64,000 nucleotides of DNA from Candidatus Lustribacter sp. (GCA_965277805.1 OZ255842.1:3328001-3392000); one strand, 5' to 3'. Counted from the stretch's first letter, positions 49,126 through 58,299 are shown. A program made the numbers and translations. Notes: a model not told the origin generated them from the letters alone.

Positions 49126-49248
49126 CGCTGTGCCGCCTTACGACAAATGCCGGAAACACCGGCAGAGTGCGGATGTTCAAACGAGAATTTTGGTTAGTAA
49201 AGCTGCATGTTTTAGCGTTTGCAGCGGTGCCGAACCTTCAGTGTTTTT

Positions 49249-49284
49249 GGTACTTTAGTCGGTGAGCGTTAGGACCTATGCCGC
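49249..49284. promoter_or_regulatory. Tandem putative operators GGTAC-TTTA-GTCGG (49249) and AGGAC-CTAT-GCCGC (49271)
   Basis: Two degenerate boxes 22 nt apart in a divergent intergenic region. Confidence 0.35.
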
Positions 49285-49410
49285 ACTCGAACGGTTTGGC
49301 CCACCGATTCGTGGTAAACTCGCTTGGACGCAACGGCGGATCCTGTGTTTTGGATCGGACCACGGCGATGAACATTAAGGCGCACAAAATGCGGAGGGGA
49401 AGTCCAGGGA

Positions 49411-50938
49411 TTGCAGCCTGCCGATGATCGGCCAGCGGTAGCGCGCGTTTCGGTAGCGCAACCAGCGGTACTCCTTATCGTCGCTGTTTGCGCGGTCATG
49501 TTCGGGCTTTCTGTTTTTGCCCTTGGCCGCGCAAGTCTATGGTTTGACGAGGGCGCGACGGTCGCTTATGCGCGCCTAGGTTGGGCGGCTCTCGCTCATG
49601 CTATGACCAAGAGCGACGTCTTTTTTGTCTTCTATTATGCACTGATTCATTTGTGGAGCGTTCCGTTCGGTGACAGCGAAACGGCCTTGCGAATGCTATC
49701 GGCGATGTGCGCTGCCACCGCTGTGGGAGCGATCGCTGCCGTCGCGTGGCGACTTGCCGGTCCGCGCGCGGCAGTAATAGCGGCGATCATGACGGTTGCA
49801 AATCCATTCGGGCTCAGTTTGGCGCGCGAAGCACGCCCGTATTCGATGCTGTTGCTCTTCAGCGCGCTCACGGCGCTGGCATTTCTCCGCGCTGAGCGGC
49901 GGCCGACGGCAGGGAACTGGATCGGATTCGCGCTTACTGCCACGATCGCGGCATACGTTCACCTCTTCGCATTGCTGGCCGTTTTGGCGTTCGTCATCTG
50001 GGCGGCACTCTTCCGGCGCGATCTGTTTCGAACGGGATTGTTACTCACTACCGTCGGGATTGGCATCGGGGTGCTGCCGATCCTCATCGTTGTCTCAACC
50101 TACAGCGCGCCGAACTCGTGGATCTCCGCGACCGGCTCTCCAAAGGCGATCGTCGGACTTCTCGTATCCTTTGCTGGCTCGCGCGTGCCTCTGGTATTGG
50201 CTGGGCTAGTGGTTGCCGCGGCCATATGGATCGCTCGCAACCGACCGTCAACGATAGCGGGATGGCGAGTCGCTTTCGTAGCGAGTTGGCTCGTCATTCC
50301 GATAGTCGTGGCGTACAGCGTTTCTTTCCTGAAGCCCATTTTCGTGGCTAACTATCTGGTCGAGGCACTGCCCGCGTTTATCATCGGTATCGCGATCGCG
50401 GCATCGCTGCTTCCGCGCGTCTTCGCCGTCGGAGTTGTGGTACTATGGGCTGTCCTCGCGGTTCCCGGTATTCGAGCATCGTATACGAATGTCGTCGAAG
50501 ATTGGCGCGGAGCGGCGCAATCGGTGCTGGGCAACCAATTGCCGTCTGACGAAGTCGCGGTCTTTCCCGCCCCCGGGATCGTCGTTTTCGACTACTATTC
50601 GCGTCGTCTGCGCCTGCAGCGTCCCACCGTCATCTTTCCGGCCGCGGAATCGGACGTCTTCCCGCTTGACACGCGGACGGACACGCGTCAAGGGTCGCTC
50701 CCTTCAGTGGCTCCGTCGGTGTGCAGATTGTGGGTTATACTTGATCCGCTTCGAGACGATCCGGAAAACGAGCCGATCTCGAAGCGATTTCTCGCCACGA
50801 TTCCGGCGCGCTTCAAACTCGCGCAACGGGAGCGCTTCGTTCGCATTAGCGTTCTGCGCTTTGATTTCGCCAGAGTCGGTCGCGGCCGGTTCGTGTCCGG
50901 CGCATCAGCAAAACCCTGCGACGCCCCCCCAGTCTTAG
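49411..50938 (+). CDS. GT-C glycosyltransferase (PMT/mannosyltransferase-like); as sequenced the frame stays open to 51855
   Basis: SLWFDE, ALRMLS, REARPYS, EDWRGAA. Family-like sequence ends near 50870; the TAG at 50936-50938 would be in frame with one fewer C in the C7 run at 50924-50930. Confidence 0.75.
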
Positions 50939-51059
50939 CACGCTCAGGCGCCGGAGACGAGGGCTTTGCGCCGGTCGAATACGTCGTGAACGATCGCGGG
51001 CGAGCTCGGGCACTTCCGCATCCTCAAGCCAGTGCACGAAGCCCACATGGAACACGCGG

Positions 51060-52347
51060 ATTCGACGAGCATTGCGAGTCGTCGACGAAACGGATTTTGC
51101 TCGAGAACAAAAGCGCGAGCAAGAACGCCACGGCGAGCGATCGCGGTTTCGGCCACGGCGATGCCGTTGGCGGCCCAAGCGATCAAGAGCGGCACGAAGC
51201 CGACGAAGTAGCGATCCCAAAAATGGAAGACGGAGGCGAGGGCGATTGCGATAACGGCGCCGTACGCGACCAGAATGGCCTGGTTCCACACCCGCCGCCG
51301 CGACCACGATCCGGCGAAAAAACCAACCGCAGCGAGCACGCAGAAGACCACGCTCCCGCACAGCGGAGAAATGATGACGTGAGCGATCTCGCGGATGTGC
51401 CGGATGAGATTCTGCGCGCCGAAGCGGGCGACGGTGCCGAACGCCGGCTTTACCCGGTCCCGCGGCTCGAAGTAATACGCCTGGTCGAGCTCGGGGCCGA
51501 CTTGCTTCAAATTGCGGTCGATGCCGTCGGCCGCAACGGTGTAGCTCATGCCGCGGTCCATGCGCAACCCGATATCCAGGTTCAAGAGGCTCTTGCCCTC
51601 GATGCGGATGTGGCCGGCGTGGGAGGTCAAGAATGCGACGTACGGCGCGGACAGCACCAAAAAGGGGAGGACGAGCGCGAGCATGAGCACGGCACCGCGC
51701 TGCCGGCCCGCGCGCCGGGGCGCGAATCGAACGAGGACGACGCCGGCAGCCAATCCCCACAGCAAGACTCCTTCGGGCCGCGTCAGATAGGCGAGCGCGA
51801 ACGCGACGCTGCAGGCAACGGCTTCGGCCGTGCGCCCGCCGTTGACGATGCGTAACAAGAAGTGCATGCCGGTTGCCGCCAGCGTGAGAAAGAGCATATC
51901 GGCAAGGACGACCGTCGAAAGCTGGACCGCAAACGGGAGAACGGCCGCGAGCAGCGCGGCGGCGTAGCCCGCTTTTCGTCCGTAACAGCTTGCCGTGATG
52001 CCGTACATGGGTAAGACGAACGCTGCGCCGCTGAGCAGCGACACGTCCAAGCCGGCCTGCGCGACGTCATGGGCCAACGGCAGCAGCGCTGCGATGGCGA
52101 GCGGGTACAACGGAGGAAAGACGAACATCGTCGTCCCGCGCAGACCGACGTATCCGTGCCCCGCGATGAGGTTGGCCGCGATTCTCGCGTACTCGGCGCC
52201 GTCCCACGTGATCTCGCTCGGTCCATGCCAGACGAGCCACGCCAGCCGGATCGCGACGGCAAAGAGCGCGATGCCGAGCAGCACCGCGAGCGTCGAGACC
52301 CCTCCTTCAGCCCGCGCGTGAGCGCGTTCGGCAGTTGCTGCGCGCAT
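51060..52347 (-). pseudogene. Truncated duplicate of the GT-C gene 43982..45634
   Basis: Near-identical protein up to GIAVAETAIAR, then a deletion of about 40 nt with frameshift (LLALLFSSKIRFVDD continues in another frame); C-terminal domain absent. Confidence 0.82.
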
Positions 52348-52367
52348 TCAAACGGCGTCGCGCGGTA

Positions 52368-52661
52368 TTAACGCACGGGGCGGCGATGCACGCCCGGACT
52401 CGGCAAATCGCCCTTGATCGTCGATGCATACCGCGTGGCCGCCGCAACGGCCTCGCGCGAGCCCGTGGGACGCGCCATGTATTCACGGTGCACTGCGCAT
52501 CCGACGAAGTGCACGGAATCAAAGTCTTCCCCGACGCAGGCGCAACCGCATTCCCACAATGCGCCGACGCAGGTCGTGCCGACTCGGAGAACGGGCTCCG
52601 CCGGCGGGGCGAGCGGACACTCTTTGAGACGTAGCCGGAGCTCGAGCAGCGATGCATCCAT
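52368..52661 (-). CDS. Small Cys/His-rich protein (WxCGC...CxxH), copy B
   Basis: WECGCAC...GCAVH; frame conserved with 45650..45940. Confidence 0.65.
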   Translation of the reverse strand: MDASLLELRLRLKECPLAPPAEPVLRVGTTCVGALWECGCACVGEDFDSVHFVGCAVHREYMARPTGSREAVAAATRYASTIKGDLPSPGVHRRPVR

Positions 52662-52735
52662 TGCATAAAGGTATCGTGGGCGGTTCCCATGCGCATGGGT
52701 CAAGCTGCCCTAAACCGGTGGGCCGATCGGCGCGC

Positions 52736-53869
52736 CTACGCCGCCCGCTTCAGCGGCTCGATTTCGTACCTGGGATCGAGACGCGCTCGTATCGCGGCGA
52801 GCAGCGGCGCGAAGCCGGTCTTGAGCAGCGGCTGCTCCAGCCGGTAGGTGATGAGGCTCGCGAACGCGATCGAAACGATCAGCGATAACACGTAGAGCCA
52901 CGGCCCGGCAACTCCGGCCGCGTGCAGCCAGACCGAGATTTCGAGGTGCCACAGGTAGAGGTTGTACGAAATCGCCGACAGGAAAACGATCGCTCTGGAT
53001 GCGACGAGGCCGCGCAGCGTCTGACTCGAGAACGACGTCGAGAGCGCGAGGACGATACAGAGCGGACCGATCAGCACGCGGTGATCGTTCAGCCAGCCGT
53101 GCGCCGCATCGGCGCTGACGGTTGCACCGACGCGGCTTGCCGCGCCCAGCGCCGCAAGGGCGATTGCGAACGTGGCGGCCGCCAGGGCACTCGACGTCGC
53201 GGTGATCGAGACGCCGCGCGCGCGCGACCACAGCAACGCGTATGCCGCGAACATGCCCGCACCGAAAACGTCGAGAAAGGCCGGTAGCTGGTTCATCCAA
53301 AGGAAGCTCGTTCCGAGTCCCAGCACGGCAATGACGACCCGGTACGTCTCCGAAAGCGCGACCAGGGCCAGGTAGCCGAACAACGGGGAGCGCCGGAAGA
53401 GCGGCGCGACGAACGGGAAGATCGCGTAGAACTGCACTTCGATGCCGATCGTCCACAACGGTCCGCTGATCGACCCGAACGTTGCGGTGCTCAGCGTGTG
53501 CAGGAACGTCAGATGCGCGAACACCTGCCTGGCGGCGTCCGCCGGCGACGAGAATTGACCGCGATAGACGAGGGCGAAAACCGCGACCGCAAGCACGTAT
53601 GACGGAACGATCTTGAGCGCCCGGCGCTCGAAAAATTTCCGCGTGCCCGGTTCGCTCCGGCCTTCGAACATCGCCCGCGCGTGCGGATAGAATAAACAAA
53701 AGCCGCTGATGAAAAAGAACAGGTCGACGCCGAGAAATCCGGCTTCGGCGATGAAGTTCAAGGGACCCAATGCTTGCCCGCTCACCAGCCATTCGTGATA
53801 GAGAACGACGAGAGTGATGGCGATGCCGCGCAAGCCGTCGAGAACATCGAGCCGCTCCGATCTCGACAT
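52736..53869 (-). CDS. Acyltransferase family 3
   Basis: LDGLRGIA, GVDLFFFISGF, RRALKIVPSY, LWTIGIEVQFY, ISYNLYLWH, EQP. Confidence 0.93.
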   Translation of the reverse strand: MSRSERLDVLDGLRGIAITLVVLYHEWLVSGQALGPLNFIAEAGFLGVDLFFFISGFCLFYPHARAMFEGRSEPGTRKFFERRALKIVPSYVLAVAVFALVYRGQFSSPADAARQVFAHLTFLHTLSTATFGSISGPLWTIGIEVQFYAIFPFVAPLFRRSPLFGYLALVALSETYRVVIAVLGLGTSFLWMNQLPAFLDVFGAGMFAAYALLWSRARGVSITATSSALAAATFAIALAALGAASRVGATVSADAAHGWLNDHRVLIGPLCIVLALSTSFSSQTLRGLVASRAIVFLSAISYNLYLWHLEISVWLHAAGVAGPWLYVLSLIVSIAFASLITYRLEQPLLKTGFAPLLAAIRARLDPRYEIEPLKRAA

Positions 53870-53905
53870 ATTCTCGCTAATGCCCCGGACCGGCCGGGTC
53901 TAAAA

Positions 53906-54736
53906 CTATTCCGGCTGCGTGATGCTCTCGATGGCGCTCAACCACACACCGGCGATCGCTGCATATCCGCCCGCTCCGCAGGGGTGAATGCCATCCGGAA
54001 AATGCGCGCTGTCGCGTGGCACGGCAGTCGCCATTGCGGACGCAAGCGTCACGTGCATTCCGCGATTTGCGTACGCCGTGACGATCGACTTGAGACTCGG
54101 CGCCGGCGCACCGCACGTCTTTGCTCCAGCGAACGCTTGAAGCACGCACGGCTCGACCTTCGGGCTGTCGACCACGGGCGCAACGATGACGTACACGTCC
54201 GGCTTGGCCGCGAAGATCTGGCCCAGCACCAGATCCATCGAAGCAACGATGTTCGTCAGCGTATAACCGGCGTCGTGTTGCTCCAGGCGAAGCATGTCGT
54301 TCGTGCCGGCCATGAGCAGGACCACATCCGGGTCGTCGGAGGCCATCGCTTTGCGCAACAGCGATCCGTACAACTGACCGGGACCGGGATCCGATGGGAA
54401 CGAGCGCAAGACGTACCCGGGCCATCCCTCGTGCCGTTTTTCTTCGATCGCATCCGAAAAGTCGGAGCGCGATCCCACGAACGTCGCATGGTACCCGCTT
54501 TGCTGGAGCAGCGATCCCAGCGGTCCGCGATAACCGCCTTCGCTGCCCGCCGTTCCGAATGCGCCCACACCGGCGGTGATGGAGTCGCCGAGCGCCATAA
54601 TTCTGAGCGGGATATGCTTTGAAACCAAGGTGCTTTGGGCGTCGGATCGAGGCGCTCGCGCAAACAGCAAAACCGCGGCCGCACAAAGAGCAGCCGCGAA
54701 TCTCGAAACGGTTGAAACACCGCGCCGGAAATTCAC
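53906..54736 (-). CDS. Secreted SGNH/GDSL hydrolase
   Basis: IMALGDSIT, HEGWPG, AGTND, DGIHP; signal peptide. Start uncertain. Confidence 0.9.
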   Translation of the reverse strand: MNFRRGVSTVSRFAAALCAAAVLLFARAPRSDAQSTLVSKHIPLRIMALGDSITAGVGAFGTAGSEGGYRGPLGSLLQQSGYHATFVGSRSDFSDAIEEKRHEGWPGYVLRSFPSDPGPGQLYGSLLRKAMASDDPDVVLLMAGTNDMLRLEQHDAGYTLTNIVASMDLVLGQIFAAKPDVYVIVAPVVDSPKVEPCVLQAFAGAKTCGAPAPSLKSIVTAYANRGMHVTLASAMATAVPRDSAHFPDGIHPCGAGGYAAIAGVWLSAIESITQPE

Positions 54737-55144
54737 GCACGCGTGGTTTCATCCGACGGCCGGTGCGGCTCCTTTTGTACGAAACCGCTCTTACCAACGC
54801 TTTACGGTTTTATGCCGGCCGATCGACATACAACGCAAACTGTTTGCACGGCTGACCGTTGGCGGCCGGCTTCCGGCAGATGAGGGCCGTGAGCTGCGGC
54901 CTCGTGGTGCCCTGATCGTTCGCGACGTACGTTTCATGCTGCTCCGGACAGAGATAACAAAACGCTCTCGCCGGTGCGACGGTGGTTCGAGCTTTCACGC
55001 GCAGAGCGTAGCACCGCGGCCGGGTGCGGTCATGAAACCTTCGGGCAGAGAAAGTCGGCAATCGGCCCAACGCACGCGTGACGGTATGCACAAAACATAC
55101 AAAAAAGCGGGTGTTAATTCCGAGCGCGGGGTATGCTTTTCCGT

Positions 55145-55378
55145 ATGGGAACACAGGAGAGGACGCGCGAACGCCGCTCCGGCCCCGGAAGTTGCGGACA
55201 CGTAACATCCGAGGGCAAACGGTGCCGCGCTATCCCGCGCTGGCGGTGCGGTACGTGCAAGGGCGTGATGTGCGGCGTGCACGTGGTTCGTCATCGCGAT
55301 CGCGTGAGCTGTCCGGGCTGCCTCGAGCCCGCACGGCCATTTCGCAAACGCGGCGCCGACCGCCGGCATTCGGACTAG
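55145..55378 (+). CDS. Small putative zinc-finger protein (B-box-like)
   Basis: C..H...C...CGTC...CGVH...CPGC; stop abuts the convergent gene. Confidence 0.45.
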   Translation: MGTQERTRERRSGPGSCGHVTSEGKRCRAIPRWRCGTCKGVMCGVHVVRHRDRVSCPGCLEPARPFRKRGADRRHSD

Positions 55379-55936
55379 TTAACTACCGACGCCGTATTCA
55401 CGGCCGACGTCGTGCATGGCAGTCGTCAAAATGACGTGAAAGTCCGCGTTCACGGCCGGCGTGAAGTGCTTGTCCATATCGCCCATGATGTCGTGATGGA
55501 TCTGATGCGACATGAGGACTTCCAGCATGTAACCCACGTCGTAGCGTCCGTTGGGGGTCATTCCGGCATGGTAGAGCGCGCTGGCCAGCGCTGAGCTCGC
55601 GGCCGGGTCCGGCTGCGCCGTCCTCGGCAGCGGAATCAGCATGTTATGAGCTTTCTTCAGCGCATCGTCGACGGCAAACGTAAAAACGTCGTAAAACGAC
55701 GCAACGCGAGCCGCCCCATATTGCCGAATCAGTTTGTCGTTTTCGGATGCGGCCTGCGAGCCCGCAAGGCGTTGCATGAGCCGATGGGAATCGAACCGGC
55801 CGGCGCCTCCACCCGCATCGACCACAGCCATGGTCAAATGCAGGTGCGGAAACCCGTGATAGACCGTCGCCCAGGACGCCGCGGGCATCGCGACGGCCAG
55901 CATGCCGGCCAAAGCCAGACGGTTGAAAAAGCGCAT
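55379..55936 (-). CDS. Secreted all-helical His/Met-rich hypothetical protein
   Basis: GAGG RBS; signal peptide ending SWA-T; LMSHQIHHDIMGDMDKH, DFHVIL. Confidence 0.8.
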   Translation of the reverse strand: MRFFNRLALAGMLAVAMPAASWATVYHGFPHLHLTMAVVDAGGGAGRFDSHRLMQRLAGSQAASENDKLIRQYGAARVASFYDVFTFAVDDALKKAHNMLIPLPRTAQPDPAASSALASALYHAGMTPNGRYDVGYMLEVLMSHQIHHDIMGDMDKHFTPAVNADFHVILTTAMHDVGREYGVGS

Positions 55937-55939
55937 TCC

Positions 55940-56509
55940 TCAAAACCCCTCATGATGCGTGAAGCCCAAATATGCCGCGTGACCGACGATCTGAACTTCA
56001 TCGATGTTGACGTAGCCGCGTTCGCGGTTTGCGGGATGGGTTACGACCACGCCGGCGCTGTGCACGCCCGGCTTCAAGCGCGGACTGGTGTAAAGCAAAA
56101 CGTGCGGGCGCCGCTGCGCTGAATAGAAGCTGATCTGCCGCGACGGCCGGCCCGGCACGACGATCGTGCCGATACCGCCGTTCGGGCCGGACACGCCGTA
56201 CAGGCGGAACCCTTCACCGTTGAAGATCATGGTCAAGGCGTCGCCGGGATGGTAGCTGCGCGCGCTCCGGCCCAGAAAGCGTCCGTCGAACCGGTCGTGG
56301 ACGAACTCCCAATGCCCCGAATAGGCTAGCCGATTGAAATCTTGCGCATTGGGCTGCGCTCCGCCGGCCGTGGCCTCACGGGGGGGCGGGGTGCCGGCCG
56401 GGGCCGTCGTCTGAGGCGCCGGACCGCACGACGCCCCCAAGAGCAGCACGAGAAGGCCCGCCGGGCCCCATCGTCCGCCCCCAGCGCCGCGCTCTTCTCC
56501 AGACGTCAT
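55940..56509 (-). CDS. Putative lipoprotein with a CBM-like beta-sandwich
   Basis: LLGASC lipobox-like; YSGHW, GDALTMIFNG..FRLYG..GPNGG, VNIDEV. Confidence 0.65.
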   Translation of the reverse strand: MTSGEERGAGGGRWGPAGLLVLLLGASCGPAPQTTAPAGTPPPREATAGGAQPNAQDFNRLAYSGHWEFVHDRFDGRFLGRSARSYHPGDALTMIFNGEGFRLYGVSGPNGGIGTIVVPGRPSRQISFYSAQRRPHVLLYTSPRLKPGVHSAGVVVTHPANRERGYVNIDEVQIVGHAAYLGFTHHEGF

Positions 56510-56550
56510 CTGGCGGCCGTTCCCCCGAATCCGCCCGCACAAGCATAACC

Positions 56551-56564
56551 GGGACTAAAGACTA
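56551..56564. promoter_or_regulatory. Putative NarL/DosR-like operator GGGAC-TAAA-GACTA
   Basis: GGGACTAAAG matches the DosR consensus core; about 42 nt upstream of 56509. Confidence 0.5.
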
Positions 56565-56577
56565 CCCGGGCTCTGCC

Positions 56578-58248
56578 TTACGGCAGCGGTTCGACATGCA
56601 CGATCTGCGCGCCGTGATTGCTGCCCGTCCAGAATGTGACCGTGCTCGTCGAGTTGTCGACCCAAACGCGCCGGGTGTTGGTATCGGTCGGCAACTGCCA
56701 CTCCGCGAACTGACCGGTCGACGGATCGAGCCGGGTGATGCGGTCGGTCACCATTGAGCCCGTCCACACGTCGCCGTTCTTGTCCGCCACCACATCGTAG
56801 GGCGAGTCGAACGGGGTCGGCAGCTCGAACTCTTTGATCGTGCCGTCATCGGCCTTCGTGTCGTACATCCCGATGCGGTTGGCGCCGTATTCCGCGAACC
56901 AGAACAGGCCGGTCTTGTCATCGACGCGGCCGCGGCGCGGATGCGAAAGCGGGGTGGGCGTCTGGATGATCTTGAACGCGTTGGCGGCCGGCGTGAAGTG
57001 CGCGATCGCAGCACCGCCGAAGTCCATCAGCCAGAGCGTATTCGCGCTATCGGAGACCATGCCGTAGGCGTTGAACGTATGCGTGGTCGAGCCCGGATAA
57101 TAGTACGGCCCGAGCGATTGGAACGTGCCGGTCTTGACGTCGAGGCCGCGGAACGAGTGGTCATCCTGATTGTTCGTCCACACTTTGCCGTCGACGCTGC
57201 TGTGCACCGGCATCACCATCGACTCTTGCGTGAAGTCGGGATGGGTCGCGGCCGGCACCGGGTAGGTAGTGAACGTTTTCGTCTTGCGGTCGAAGCGATC
57301 GATCTGACCCTGGAACATATTGGCGAGCCAGAGATTGCCGTCGGGATCCTGGTCGAGTTCGAGTTCGCCGGTGATGTAGCCCGGCTTGTTCGCCGGCACC
57401 GCGTATTGCGTCACCTTACCGGTTTTCGGATCGAGCATGCCGAGGTTTTGCTGACCGAAGTCCGAGTACCAGAGCATGCCGTCGGGCGTTTGGATCACGT
57501 CGTGCGGTTGAACGATTTTGCTTGGCAGATCGTACGACGTGATGATGACGTGGGTCGCGGCTCCCTTGAGCCGCGGCAGCGTTTTCAGCGCCCACTTGCG
57601 CGGACCGGAACTCTGATTGATCGTCGCGAGATAGTCGGCCACTTCATCGGGGAAGGGCGGCCGCGGACGGTTCGTCTTGAACGCCTGCGGCCGCAGCCAG
57701 AAACTGTTGTTGGCGTAATTGACCATCCGCGGCAGCACGATGTTCTTGAATTCGGCCGCGGTGTGATACGAATCGACGACGCGCTGAATCGTGTGGCAGT
57801 CGACGCATCCGAGCAGACCGTTCTTCTGTTCCGTCGTGCCGGGCATGCTGATGAGCCAATCGCCGTTGGACATCTGATCTTCGAGGTCGCGGGCCTTCGC
57901 GAGTGCGAGATCGCGATGCGCCGGCGCACCCGGCGCGACCGAGATGGTTGCGACTTTCGGAAGTACGTAACCGGCGGCGCGAATCGTCAGCCCGTATGCG
58001 CCGGGCGCGAGACGCGAAGCCGGAAAGCGATAGACGCCGTGTTCGTCGGTGATGACGGTAACGGCGATCGTTGAGCCCGGTGACCGGGCGGTGACGTCGA
58101 CGCCCTCCATCGGTCCCTCGGCGCTCGAACTCACCACGCCGCTGAGCGCCACCGCGAGCGGCTGTTGGGCTCGCAGCGAACCCGCGAGTTCGATCGTGAA
58201 TCCGGCCGTTAAAACAAGCGCGAGTAGTCCGAGAGTGCGAAAGCGCAT
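56578..58248 (-). CDS. Secreted protein: carboxypeptidase-regulatory-like domain + CxxCH + Vgb-like beta-propeller
   Basis: TDEHGVYRF..L.PGAY.LTIRAAGY; CVDCH; propeller blades PHDV, LWYSDFG, FWFAEYGANRIG, SPYDV. Confidence 0.88.
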   Translation of the reverse strand: MRFRTLGLLALVLTAGFTIELAGSLRAQQPLAVALSGVVSSSAEGPMEGVDVTARSPGSTIAVTVITDEHGVYRFPASRLAPGAYGLTIRAAGYVLPKVATISVAPGAPAHRDLALAKARDLEDQMSNGDWLISMPGTTEQKNGLLGCVDCHTIQRVVDSYHTAAEFKNIVLPRMVNYANNSFWLRPQAFKTNRPRPPFPDEVADYLATINQSSGPRKWALKTLPRLKGAATHVIITSYDLPSKIVQPHDVIQTPDGMLWYSDFGQQNLGMLDPKTGKVTQYAVPANKPGYITGELELDQDPDGNLWLANMFQGQIDRFDRKTKTFTTYPVPAATHPDFTQESMVMPVHSSVDGKVWTNNQDDHSFRGLDVKTGTFQSLGPYYYPGSTTHTFNAYGMVSDSANTLWLMDFGGAAIAHFTPAANAFKIIQTPTPLSHPRRGRVDDKTGLFWFAEYGANRIGMYDTKADDGTIKEFELPTPFDSPYDVVADKNGDVWTGSMVTDRITRLDPSTGQFAEWQLPTDTNTRRVWVDNSTSTVTFWTGSNHGAQIVHVEPLP

Positions 58249-58299
58249 CGTCAAGTCACCTCGGCGCAGGTCTTCCGTTACGCCGGCCGGGCCAACCTG

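Larger units (their letters stand above)
51060..57592 (-). repeat. Copy B of the segmental duplication
   Basis: Same order as copy A: vgb-like, acyltransferase, Cys microprotein, GT-C. Confidence 0.85.

Noticed and set aside
49290-49350. Possible c-di-GMP-I riboswitch (ggtaaac...ggacgcaa)
   Set aside because: No GNRA loop, P2 stem or receptor could be built; an Infernal search with RF01051 would settle it.
50939-51855. C-terminal third of the 814-aa ORF as a real domain
   Set aside because: It is the antisense of the GT-C pseudogene; see the C7 finding.
56578-58248. Antibiotic-resistance call (virginiamycin B lyase) linked to the NRPS
   Set aside because: Only the propeller fold is shared; the extra domains, CxxCH and 18-kb distance argue against it.
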